Below are positions 55,355 through 64,000 of a DNA stretch of 64,000 bases, in pieces. The stretch covers positions 96,001-160,000 of the forward strand of contig JANPLN010000015.1 of NCBI GenBank assembly GCA_031426555.1, written 5' to 3'. Both the position numbers and the translations under genes were made by a program. Under the pieces are notes generated by a model. The model worked only from the letters and a program-made list of their open reading frames with translations, did not search any database and was not told the DNA's origin. Position 1 is the first letter of the stretch, and every line of letters starts with the position of its first letter. This DNA is from Bdellovibrionales bacterium (lineage in GTDB: Bacteria > Bdellovibrionota > Bdellovibrionia > Bdellovibrionales > JAGQZY01).

Positions 55355-58336
55355 TTATTCCTTGGTTAAATTAAATAATCCAGCTAAAAATATATACGAA
55401 TCATAGTAGTTGTTAGTTTCCTCTAAAAGCAGCCTAATGTGTTTTACAATCTGCAAGACTGTGTATTTTTTATATTCCGCGGGGGTCATTTGGCTCACTT
55501 GCTGGGCCGTAAAAGTAATTTCCGTGGCGATATTATCGATATCGTCGAAATTTAAACCTACGAGATCGGCGCTCAATTCGCCACTGAGATCCATCAACTG
55601 ACCCATGCGTTGGGTTTTTTCCTCAAAAGAATTTCCAAATAAAGTGCGCGATACATCCTGGGTGAACAAGAAAGGATTGGGGCTAGTAATATTCTCGAGG
55701 GGAATATCGTTGATCGAGGCCGCATCATTCGCATGCCGTATATGGCGCGTATGTTCGGCAAAAAGCAGTAAAAAGTGATCTAATTTTTGTTTGAGTGCAA
55801 CTCTTCGCTGATTGGGACCTGGGTAAAAACCACCTGTCACTTTTTCGAGGGCTTTAGTGTAAATTTGCATCTGGCCAATCAATGACATATTGACGCTTTC
55901 GCGATTTAAAACTTTATGGTGAACGTTGCTTTCGTTGGTCGGCGTTGCCGCGCTTCGTGGTCCACGATAGACACTGTTGTTTGCCACAAGCAAGGAAGGG
56001 CTTTCGTAACTGACAAACGAAATTAAGTTGTCGTCCACCATTTGTTTATAGCTTGCGACAAACTTTTTATAAAAAGACATAACTTCGAACGTCATGAGTG
56101 AGTTCCACCATCTACGTGCATCATCAGCTGTGGCTCCAGTTGTTAAACGCATTCGAGTGTCAGTGAGTACGGAGAGTGGATCAATGTATTTAGAAAAGTT
56201 TGTTAACCAAACGGCGCCGGGTTTGATATCAGAAAACTCCGCGCTTTCGTCCATATCCTTCGCCAAGAACAAAGGATTGATGCGTGCGAAATTACAGCTT
56301 TCTGAGTAAAAAGCGTCGTTTGAAAGAGCGACCAAGCGTGGCAGTTCGAGCGTCGCTGGAAGACCATCCATCTTCGCATTGGATTTGAAAATGAAGTCGT
56401 TGGAACACAGTACCTGGCGGAGTGTATTTTCGATGGGAAGTGTGTCAGTTAAAAGGTGTGTCCACTCGACGTTGTAAGATACAAAAGAATTTCTGTTTTG
56501 AGAGAAGAAGAGGTCTTTGCTCGCGGGGATAAATCGCAAAATCTTCATTGCACGGCAAAAAGAGGGATCACGATCGAAGCCGCCACAAATGCGCTCAGAG
56601 TTCCAAGGCTGTTGAGCAGTTATTTTTTGTTTAAATCCGACCAGAAGAGTTGCGAGTTGAGTTTCGAGAGTGCTGCGATTGCTGACCGAAGCATCTTTAA
56701 ATGAATCTTTGTACGCGGTGAAAGCGGCTTCGAGCTGAGCCATATCCTTCTGCAAAAAGATTTGATGAGACTGCACGAGGGGTGCGGTTGAGGCGCGAAA
56801 GTACTCTTCCCATGTGGTTTTTACGGCAAAAGCGGTATCATAAAGAGAAAGTAATGTGGGCGGTTTCTCGCTTCGCTGCGTGTAGATTTCTTGCAATAAA
56901 AATTTAGCGGAAAAGAATGAAGAGACATATTTTTCCCACTTCATCATGTAGTCCGGAAAAGAACGTGTGAGGCGAGCCAGCGTTACACGCTCACGGTACC
57001 GACGAGAAAAGAAATCCAGATCTTTAAGAGATTGTGCTAAATAATCCACCGATTTACATCTTTGAATAGATCCACCGCGGGTTCTCTGCATGGTGCAAGA
57101 GACGTCCACACTTTCCGGCGACAAACCCTGAGCTCTTTCGATGGCGGACGCCGTTGCTAAAAGCTGTTGGGTATTGCGACGGACATCAGGTGCATCGTAC
57201 AGGTACCACACCATTTGCATGGTTGGTATTTCGAGAACTTTGGTCCACGCCAGAAAAATAACAAGCTCTCCAACCATAATAAACACGCCACCAACACCGG
57301 AGCTACCAGCGCCAACGCGCACAACTCTGAGGGCGGTTTTTGCAACCCGCAAGGTGCGAGTTTGGTTCATGTAGCGCAGGAGGGCGCTTTGAGAAGCGCG
57401 AGCTTGCGCGGGAGCGTTAAAGAATTTGCCGTTATTGAGAAGCCACTGAAAGAACTTCTGCGAACCCGCGGACATCATGGCACCGCCGATGAGAGATGGA
57501 ATGCCGGCACCGAAATCGAGCCAGAATTTTTCGGCAGATAAAAAGTGATTGAGTGCAGATTTGCAAAATGTGCTAGAAAAATCTATTTTCGCAAGATCAC
57601 GGAAGCATTCTTTAAAAGTTGGAATGGTAAGAAGATGCGAAACTACCTGTTGAGCCGCCATACCAAAAGACATCCCAGCATATCCAATAAGAGGGCGCCA
57701 CTTGCGCATCACTTTTTCCGTGATGGGCTTACCGCGAAGTTCGGAGGCAAAAATGACGGCGTTATTAATATTTGATGAAGCAATACGGTTTCCTAAAACA
57801 AAGCTAAAAAAGCCAATGTTACCTTCGAGCGTGGTCATGGCCTTGAGAAGATGTTCCGCACAAAGAGGTGTGTTGGAGTTGGTTGTTGGGGCCCATGTCC
57901 ACTCATTAAAAAGAGAGCCGTTTCCTATGCCATAACAGCCCACAAGCTCCATCACGATCATGGCCGCATTGAATTTTCCATACTCTGCGGGAAATCCACG
58001 GACGGCACCGGTAAAGTTTCTGCGAAAGTTTCCGTCCTGTTTCAGTGCCGCATTTAAATCTCGGGCGGTGGCAATATCGATGGGAATTAATTGTCGGCCG
58101 TTTTCAGTTTCGGCAACGGTATAAAAAACTTCGGTGAGCCTTCCCGTCATGGGATCAAGGCTTCTTTGGATATACATGTTGGGTGTGGTGGGATGCGGAA
58201 CTAAATTTGCGGGATGGGAGCCGTCGACAGTTGTTAGACTGCTAACATCCACGCGAGATTCGTCTGCGGGGCTGGCGAAGCTGAAAAGCGGGAACGTAGC
58301 CAAACATATAAATAGATAAAAACTTCTTATCGACAT
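55355..58336 (-). CDS. Large secreted hypothetical protein with Gly-rich hydrophobic segments
   Basis: 993-aa ORF; signal peptide ending SFA; paired Cys; no recognisable domain. Confidence 0.75.
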   Translation of the reverse strand: MSIRSFYLFICLATFPLFSFASPADESRVDVSSLTTVDGSHPANLVPHPTTPNMYIQRSLDPMTGRLTEVFYTVAETENGRQLIPIDIATARDLNAALKQDGNFRRNFTGAVRGFPAEYGKFNAAMIVMELVGCYGIGNGSLFNEWTWAPTTNSNTPLCAEHLLKAMTTLEGNIGFFSFVLGNRIASSNINNAVIFASELRGKPITEKVMRKWRPLIGYAGMSFGMAAQQVVSHLLTIPTFKECFRDLAKIDFSSTFCKSALNHFLSAEKFWLDFGAGIPSLIGGAMMSAGSQKFFQWLLNNGKFFNAPAQARASQSALLRYMNQTRTLRVAKTALRVVRVGAGSSGVGGVFIMVGELVIFLAWTKVLEIPTMQMVWYLYDAPDVRRNTQQLLATASAIERAQGLSPESVDVSCTMQRTRGGSIQRCKSVDYLAQSLKDLDFFSRRYRERVTLARLTRSFPDYMMKWEKYVSSFFSAKFLLQEIYTQRSEKPPTLLSLYDTAFAVKTTWEEYFRASTAPLVQSHQIFLQKDMAQLEAAFTAYKDSFKDASVSNRSTLETQLATLLVGFKQKITAQQPWNSERICGGFDRDPSFCRAMKILRFIPASKDLFFSQNRNSFVSYNVEWTHLLTDTLPIENTLRQVLCSNDFIFKSNAKMDGLPATLELPRLVALSNDAFYSESCNFARINPLFLAKDMDESAEFSDIKPGAVWLTNFSKYIDPLSVLTDTRMRLTTGATADDARRWWNSLMTFEVMSFYKKFVASYKQMVDDNLISFVSYESPSLLVANNSVYRGPRSAATPTNESNVHHKVLNRESVNMSLIGQMQIYTKALEKVTGGFYPGPNQRRVALKQKLDHFLLLFAEHTRHIRHANDAASINDIPLENITSPNPFLFTQDVSRTLFGNSFEEKTQRMGQLMDLSGELSADLVGLNFDDIDNIATEITFTAQQVSQMTPAEYKKYTVLQIVKHIRLLLEETNNYYDSYIFLAGLFNLTKE

Positions 58337-58348
58337 AGCAATATCCTG

Positions 58349-58364
58349 AGCAAAGATTGGACCA
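58349..58364 (-). promoter_or_regulatory. Candidate sigma54 promoter TGGTCCAATCTTTGCT
   Basis: GG-N10-GC with TGG and TTGCT on the minus strand, 12 bp before ATG 58336. Confidence 0.55.
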
Positions 58365-58497
58365 CTTTTAAAATCATAAACGGGCTTTAAGCTCTCCTTT
58401 AATACGAGATAGGCTCAAAATTGCAAGGAGAGTGTATTAAAATTAGACACTACTGAGCATTAGTTTCAATCAGGCGTATTTGGAGGCGGACGCTTGG

Positions 58498-58513
58498 TGG
58501 CACTCAAATTGCT
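58498..58513 (+). promoter_or_regulatory. Sigma54 promoter TGGCACTCAAATTGCT
   Basis: Near-consensus TGGCAC-N5-TTGCW, 34 bp before ATG 58548. Confidence 0.75.
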
Positions 58514-58547
58514 CAATAGGAGGTTGGACAGATGACTTGGGGTAAAT

Positions 58548-59207
58548 ATGACATTGAATTTAAAGCTAAAGATACTAATTCTGTTTGTAGTGGGTTGCGG
58601 TTTTACGGCCTGTGCAGACAAATCTTTTGAATCGGCATCGCCATCGGTTAATGATGACGATATTTTTCAGCCGCCAACACCCACCGATGATGATGACGAT
58701 ATCATTGTAAATCCAGACCCTATTGTAAATCCAGATCCCATTGTTTGTCCTCGCTACGATCTCATCGTGGACTCCGTGGACCAACAAACCGCACATCGCA
58801 ACTTCCGCTTTAATTTTAATTCCGAAATGAAAATGAATAGCACTCAAGGTGATATTGATATTGTATTTCAGCGGGACAGCTCTTCAGTTCGCTACACACG
58901 TTGCTCTGGATCTTTTTTGAACACCGCAATGATGCCTGGGCTTAAACCGTTAGATATTACTCAAGAACTCACCAAGCAGATTCTGATCAGTCATGGCAAG
59001 GTTTGCGCATCGGTGATGCCGGAACGCTACTCAACCATTCGCGTGATCGATTCTGCCACTGGACGCACACTGTTCGATGAGCAAGTTTTTCGTCAGCAAA
59101 ATGGAGCCTGTGAGTTTGGTTATTCCACATCGGGCCAGGAATTGCGCCGCCAGTTGATCGACTTCTCGCGCGCCATCGTAGACATCAAAGCCGCATCCTG
59201 CATCTAA
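58548..59207 (+). CDS. Hypothetical lipoprotein with acidic Pro-rich linker
   Basis: FTAC lipobox; DDDDD linker; IVNPDP repeat; Cys-containing globular part. Confidence 0.7.
   Translation: MTLNLKLKILILFVVGCGFTACADKSFESASPSVNDDDIFQPPTPTDDDDDIIVNPDPIVNPDPIVCPRYDLIVDSVDQQTAHRNFRFNFNSEMKMNSTQGDIDIVFQRDSSSVRYTRCSGSFLNTAMMPGLKPLDITQELTKQILISHGKVCASVMPERYSTIRVIDSATGRTLFDEQVFRQQNGACEFGYSTSGQELRRQLIDFSRAIVDIKAASCI
58704..58744 (+). repeat. 18-bp tandem repeat ATTGTAAATCCAGAYCCY x2.3 (IVNPDP)
   Basis: Read directly from the sequence. Confidence 0.85.
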
Positions 59208-59224
59208 AAGGATCGGCGTACGCT

Positions 59225-60628
59225 CTAGGTATCCGCGTAGTTTTCGACGTCGAACTCTAAGCTTAATTCATGCGGGAGTGGGCGTCGAATCGCGCGGTAA
59301 TACGTTCGCGGCGACATCGACAACAAATCTGTGAGTATAGGCATGTAGATGTCGGCAAAGCGATCCACTTGATACGCAAAATAACTTTCTTCGTTTCCGG
59401 CACGCATGGTTTGTCCCCAGTAGGGATTAAAAATCGCTTGGATCTCTTCGATCAGTTTACTGATCTGCTGATCAATGCGGGTGGTTTCATCCTGAATTTT
59501 CTTAAGCTCTTCCGTATGCGTTTTTCCAGTTTCGATCTCTTCGGACGCCAGGCGAACCGCTTCGTGTTCGAGGGGCGATTTTTTCTGCATCAACTGTTGG
59601 ATTTGCAGTTGGCAAGGATTGGCTTTTCGTAAACTTTCGATTTCGCTCTCAAGCTCATCGATAACAACAGCTGTGCGCCATTTGCTATCTTTTTTTAAGC
59701 GAACAATATCACCGTAGATATGATCGCCCACATAAAGAATATCTTCGCCCTTCACGTCCAGGCTTTCTTCAAACAAAGGAGCACAGCCCCCTTGGTAGAT
59801 GCCGGGAACGAGTTTAGCGTCGTAATTCGTGAGCGAGCCATCTGTCGGATTCACTTTAAGAAAATTTTGGTTATCGTAAAAAAATCTCGGCTTGCGAGCG
59901 CTTGTGATCACATATTCAAAAAGATCCGTCCAAGATTTGTGTTCTTTTAAATATGGGGTCACTGCAAAATCGAGCAGGGCCTTTGAGTAGTGGTAGTCGG
60001 AGTTGGTAACGATAAAGAGTCTCTTGCCATGTTTTTTGTAGCGCTCGAGGCCTTCAACAAGTTTGGGATCGGCAATGATATATTTTGCGAGATCCTTGCG
60101 AACAATACTTTTTAGCGAATCATCTCTGTGTGCCATATCCATAGCTTCGATGATGTCGCTTAAGAGCTTGGGATACTCGGGCATCTTGTGCTCAGGCGTG
60201 GTGTCTTTAACATCCACCAACTGGCCAAACAGGATGGCAACGGAAAGCGAGAAAGCGGTGTCCACCGCTACAAAATTTTTATCGCTTAAGTCAACATAGG
60301 TGCCATGATAATCTTTTTGTTGCTGGCGGTAATCGATACGTTTTGTTCCATGGTGACTTACGCGAATGGCGCCATGCCGACTCACTTTGAGGATATTACC
60401 TTTGGCAGAATCGATCACCAGTCCGCGAATGACGGAGGTAAACTCAAAAGGTAATTTTAATATTTTTTCAGGGTAGCCTTGAACTTGTACAAGCTTTTTT
60501 AAAAGGTGTTGGTGAGCCAAAGCTTCGAAAGTATGGCTGTAGTAGCGCACCAACGTGTGATCCATATCAAAGCCAATATGCTTAATTTTTCTGAGATTGA
60601 GAGTTCTGTTTGTGAAGACGTTGGCCAT
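59225..60628 (-). CDS. HAD-IG 5'-nucleotidase (cN-II-like)
   Basis: GFDMDHTL, RGL..D...GN..K, TNS, A.KP.FF and YVGDHIYGD motifs. Confidence 0.92.
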   Translation of the reverse strand: MANVFTNRTLNLRKIKHIGFDMDHTLVRYYSHTFEALAHQHLLKKLVQVQGYPEKILKLPFEFTSVIRGLVIDSAKGNILKVSRHGAIRVSHHGTKRIDYRQQQKDYHGTYVDLSDKNFVAVDTAFSLSVAILFGQLVDVKDTTPEHKMPEYPKLLSDIIEAMDMAHRDDSLKSIVRKDLAKYIIADPKLVEGLERYKKHGKRLFIVTNSDYHYSKALLDFAVTPYLKEHKSWTDLFEYVITSARKPRFFYDNQNFLKVNPTDGSLTNYDAKLVPGIYQGGCAPLFEESLDVKGEDILYVGDHIYGDIVRLKKDSKWRTAVVIDELESEIESLRKANPCQLQIQQLMQKKSPLEHEAVRLASEEIETGKTHTEELKKIQDETTRIDQQISKLIEEIQAIFNPYWGQTMRAGNEESYFAYQVDRFADIYMPILTDLLSMSPRTYYRAIRRPLPHELSLEFDVENYADT

Positions 60629-60651
60629 AGGTAAGTCAGCTTTCCTTATTA

Positions 60652-61002
60652 TTATTTTTCGATTTTGAGACCGTACTCATTCCAAAGTAACATGCCACCG
60701 CGCATATTATAAACTTCGCTAAAGCCACTTTCGAGAGCAAAGCTTGTGGCCTGCGCGGAGCGACCGCCACTCCGACAAACAAAAACGATGGCTTTATCCT
60801 TTGGAAGGGAGTCGATTTTGGCCGGGAGTTGGTGGAGAGTGAGAAGAGTTGCGCCGGGAATGTGCCCCAGTTCGCCAACGAATTCGTCGGGTCGACGAAC
60901 ATCAATCAAGGTGAGCTCGGCGGTTTTGCTTTGGATCTCTTTTGGGTCTAAATCCCACACTTCAGGGAAATGGGGGTTTTCACTTTTCGAAGTAAATTCC
61001 AT
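60652..61002 (-). CDS. Single-domain rhodanese/sulfurtransferase
   Basis: IDVR...EF....GHIPGA, CRSGGRS and GGM..W motifs; GGAGG SD before ATG 61002. Confidence 0.9.
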   Translation of the reverse strand: MEFTSKSENPHFPEVWDLDPKEIQSKTAELTLIDVRRPDEFVGELGHIPGATLLTLHQLPAKIDSLPKDKAIVFVCRSGGRSAQATSFALESGFSEVYNMRGGMLLWNEYGLKIEK

Positions 61003-61151
61003 GACTTCCTCCAGAGGACGATTATGGTCGTTAAGAGGGAAGTCGCCTACCAAAATCTTAAAAATGATATGCTGCGCACAACAAGTGCGCACTGTGATAG
61101 ACGCAAATGCAAAGATGTGTCATCCATTCAACTGGTTGCCGAGGAGGACTT

Positions 61152-62183
61152 ATGGAACTTAATCCCGTTGGATTGAACGGTATGGATTTTATCGAATACT
61201 GTGGCCCGAAAGCCCGTGAACTAGAAGCACTTTTTGTGCGACTGGGAATGACTGCGGTGGCCCAGCATAAGAGCAAAAAAATCAAACTTTTCAAGCAAGG
61301 CGATATACAGTTTTTCCTTAACGAAGACGCTACCGGCTTTGCAGCGGACTTTGGCAAGGCCCATGGACCAAGTATTTGCTCTACGGGATTTCGTGTAGAA
61401 AATGCGGACAAAGCCTTCAGAGCGGCAGTGGACCGCGGCGGAAAACCATTTGGTCAAGATGCACAAAAATCCTTCGCTGCTCCTGCGATCTACGGTATCG
61501 GTGACTCGTTGATATATTTTATCGACGAAACTGCAAAACAAAAAATCTACCAAAGCGAATTTAATTTCAATCCCAACAGCATGGAGCCCAAAGGTAAAGG
61601 TTTGTATCTGATCGATCACTTAACAAACAATGTTCCTGTTGGCGAAATGCAAAAGTGGTGTGATTTTTATGAAAATGTATTTAATTTTAAAGAGCGTCGC
61701 TTTTTTGATATCAAAGGTGCAAAAACGGGTTTGATCTCCAAAGTGATGCGCTCACCCTGCGGAAAAATCACCATTCCCATCAACGAGCCCACTGATCAGA
61801 AATCACAGATTCAAGAATACCTGGAAGAGTATGATGGCTCTGGGATTCAACACGTGGCTTTATCCACTGAGGATATTTGTTTGTCCATTTCGCAGCTTCG
61901 CAAAGATGGAATTCCGGTATTGGATATTCCAGGCACGTACTACGAAATGATTCCGCAGCGTCTGCCCCAAGTGACCGAGGACCTCGAGGAATTGAAGGAG
62001 TTGCAAATTCTGGTGGATGGTGACCCCGAGGGATATTTATTGCAGCTGTTCACTAAAAATTTAATCGGTCCTATTTTCTTTGAATTTATTCAGCGAAAAA
62101 ATCATTTTGGTTTTGGCGAGGGAAATTTTCAAGCTCTGTTTGAAGCCATCGAACGCGACCAAGCGCAACGGGGAGTATTGTAA
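61152..62183 (+). CDS. hppD: 4-hydroxyphenylpyruvate dioxygenase
   Basis: IDHLT.NV, IPINE, SQI.EYL....G.GIQH.AL, LLQ.FT and FFEFIQRK...GFGEGNF motifs. Confidence 0.95.
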   Translation: MELNPVGLNGMDFIEYCGPKARELEALFVRLGMTAVAQHKSKKIKLFKQGDIQFFLNEDATGFAADFGKAHGPSICSTGFRVENADKAFRAAVDRGGKPFGQDAQKSFAAPAIYGIGDSLIYFIDETAKQKIYQSEFNFNPNSMEPKGKGLYLIDHLTNNVPVGEMQKWCDFYENVFNFKERRFFDIKGAKTGLISKVMRSPCGKITIPINEPTDQKSQIQEYLEEYDGSGIQHVALSTEDICLSISQLRKDGIPVLDIPGTYYEMIPQRLPQVTEDLEELKELQILVDGDPEGYLLQLFTKNLIGPIFFEFIQRKNHFGFGEGNFQALFEAIERDQAQRGVL

Positions 62184-62185
62184 AG

Positions 62186-63220
62186 GTGCCCGCTAAGGGC
62201 GACGTCCTCTCAGCGCAGCAAGCCCAAGATTTAGCTCTTAGCGAGGCGAGCAAAGGGGCTGGTTGGGTTTCTCCCAATCCTCTGGTGGGTTGTGTTGTTG
62301 TGGACCAACACCAGCGGTTTTTGGCTTCGGGCTTCCACGGTTACTACGGCGGGCCCCATGCGGAAAGAGATGCTTTTGCGAAACTCGAACCGGGAGCGCT
62401 GCAGGGGACGACGGTGTACGTCACGCTGGAGCCCTGCTCGCACCAAGGTAAAACTCCACCATGTACGGATGTTTTCGTAAATCAAGGTATCAAAAAAGTT
62501 GTGGTGGGACAAACGGATCCCAATCCACTTGTGGCAGGGCGCGGGCTGGCGCGCCTGAAGCGAGAAAATATCGAAATCGCCACCGACGAAGAGTTTTCGA
62601 AAAAATCAACCCGACTCGCAGAGATATTTTTATGGCACATGCAAAATAAAAAACCCTATGTGACGTTGAAGGTGGCACTTTCCGCGGACGGAAAGATTGC
62701 AGGCCCACTAGGGTCAGATCCCGCCATTACTTCGGAAGCTGCGCGCTTTCGCGCTCGCGAGCTGCGCGCAACGTATGATGCCACTATGATCGGCGCCGAA
62801 ACGTTTTTGCGCGACAACCCTCTGCTCGATTTTCGTGACACCCAGTGGGCGGGAAAAAAGCCACCGAAGGTGGTCATTTTAGATCCTCGGGGGCGAGCTC
62901 AAACGTTCTTTGCTCAATCACGGTTGGCACAAACTGTAAAAAGTGAAAACGTTTTCTTTGTCCCCACGCTGGACGAAGCCATGCTTCGCGATCTCTATCT
63001 CAAAGGCATTTATTCGTTATACGTGGAAGGCGGGGCGAAAACCCACCAGCTGTTTATTGAGAAGAAGTGCTATCAGAAATTAATTTGCTTTGTATCGCCA
63101 AAAAAGCGCGAAGCGGGTGTTTCATGGCTTTGGACACCCGAAGAGATTGCGATACACGCAGACCTCCTGGAGGCATTTTCTGTTGGGGAAGACCAGGTGC
63201 GAGAATATGCTCCTTTTTGA
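62186..63220 (+). CDS. ribD: Bifunctional riboflavin deaminase/reductase
   Basis: PNPLVGCV, HAE, TLEPC.H.GKTPPC, S.DG.IA and VEGG motifs. Confidence 0.92.
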   Translation: MPAKGDVLSAQQAQDLALSEASKGAGWVSPNPLVGCVVVDQHQRFLASGFHGYYGGPHAERDAFAKLEPGALQGTTVYVTLEPCSHQGKTPPCTDVFVNQGIKKVVVGQTDPNPLVAGRGLARLKRENIEIATDEEFSKKSTRLAEIFLWHMQNKKPYVTLKVALSADGKIAGPLGSDPAITSEAARFRARELRATYDATMIGAETFLRDNPLLDFRDTQWAGKKPPKVVILDPRGRAQTFFAQSRLAQTVKSENVFFVPTLDEAMLRDLYLKGIYSLYVEGGAKTHQLFIEKKCYQKLICFVSPKKREAGVSWLWTPEEIAIHADLLEAFSVGEDQVREYAPF

Positions 63221-63287
63221 GGGGCATATTCGTAAATAACGCCTCGCAGGCATTGCTCTGAAACGGGGCATGAATTATAGCTTACGC

Positions 63288-64000
63288 ATGTCAAAATATG
63301 TCGCACAAAAATATACCGTCGAACACGCTCTGACGCTTTATCGAAAACCGCTATTTGATTTAATTTATCACGCCCACTCTCTGCATAAGGAATTTCAACC
63401 TGAAAACCAAATTCAGAAGTGCAGTTTGTTATCCATCAAAACCGGTGGCTGCCCTGAGGACTGCTCTTACTGTCCGCAATCAGCTCACTACAAAACGGGT
63501 CTCGATAAACAGGGCCTTATGGATTTGGGCGAAGTAAAATTGGCGGTGGATGATGCCAAGGCTCAAGGGGCTGAGCGCTTTTGCATGGGCGCCGCTTGGA
63601 GAGAAGTGAAGGACGGCGCGCAGTTTGAACAGGTGCTCGAAATGGTTCGCATGGTTAAATCTGCGGGGATGGAAGCGTGTGTGACTTTAGGTATGTTGAA
63701 CGAACAGCAAGCACAGCGTCTTAAGGAGGCTGGTTTGGATGCTTACAATCACAACCTGGACACTTCGCGCGAATTTTACGACAAAATTATTTCTACACGC
63801 ACTTACGACGACCGCTTAAAAACTCTAAGCAACGTGAGACAAGCTGGAATTACAATTTGCAGCGGCGGAATTATTGGCATGGGCGAAACCGACACAGACC
63901 GTTGTGCCATGCTTGTGGAGCTCGCGAATTTACAGCCACAGCCCGAGTCCGTGCCCATCAATCTTTTGATTCCCGTCGAAGGCACGCCGCTGGCTCAACA
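63288..64000 (+). CDS. bioB: Biotin synthase (5' part; runs off the window; absent from the ORF track)
   Basis: Own translation: MSKYVAQK...SIKTGGCPEDCSYCPQSAHY...RFCMGAAWR...YNHNLDTS...CSGGIIGMGE...PESVPIN; alternative in-frame ATG at 63270. Confidence 0.95.
   Translation, partial: MSKYVAQKYTVEHALTLYRKPLFDLIYHAHSLHKEFQPENQIQKCSLLSIKTGGCPEDCSYCPQSAHYKTGLDKQGLMDLGEVKLAVDDAKAQGAERFCMGAAWREVKDGAQFEQVLEMVRMVKSAGMEACVTLGMLNEQQAQRLKEAGLDAYNHNLDTSREFYDKIISTRTYDDRLKTLSNVRQAGITICSGGIIGMGETDTDRCAMLVELANLQPQPESVPINLLIPVEGTPLAQ

Noticed and set aside
62150..63290. FMN riboswitch before ribD or BirA operator before bioB
   Set aside because: ribD starts 2 bp after hppD, leaving no leader; no convincing palindrome in the short gap before bioB
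1..64000. CRISPR array or cas genes
   Set aside because: No 23-50 bp repeats with unique spacers were seen; the repeats found are short coding tandems, iterons or att/arm sites

Overview
This 64-kb window looks like chromosome from a Bdellovibrio-like predatory bacterium. The taxon is inferred from an FQNC/GFNC lipobox style, RxPAS motifs and many orphan secreted proteins; it was not checked against a database. Housekeeping genes include purT, gmhA, dps, selO, rmuC, dusB, typA, mtgA-like, a cN-II nucleotidase, hppD, ribD, bioB (partial) and three tRNAs (Ser-GCT, Arg-ACG, Asn-GTT). Accessory modules: (1) a LysR-DabBA inorganic-carbon pump; (2) a four-gene exported c-type cytochrome/Tat-protein operon of unknown function; (3) an ~9.0-kb capsid-less, satellite-like island in tRNA-Ser, with 15-bp att repeats, candidate arm sites, integrase, AlpA, primase-polymerase, helicase with an embedded iteron array, an HGGxSTG protein, a P22 gp7-like ejection protein ending in an S74 chaperone domain, and an apparently leaderless DUF4258/MqsA-like pair; (4) a signal-peptide-bearing HAD phosphatase next to a T5-A1-like metallophosphoesterase, resembling an exported version of a phage host-DNA demolition kit; (5) a two-photolyase light/redox cluster behind a GbsR-like regulator with a perfect 11-bp inverted repeat; (6) candidate sigma54 promoters before orphan secreted proteins. 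All family assignments come from motif recognition by eye; no searches were run.
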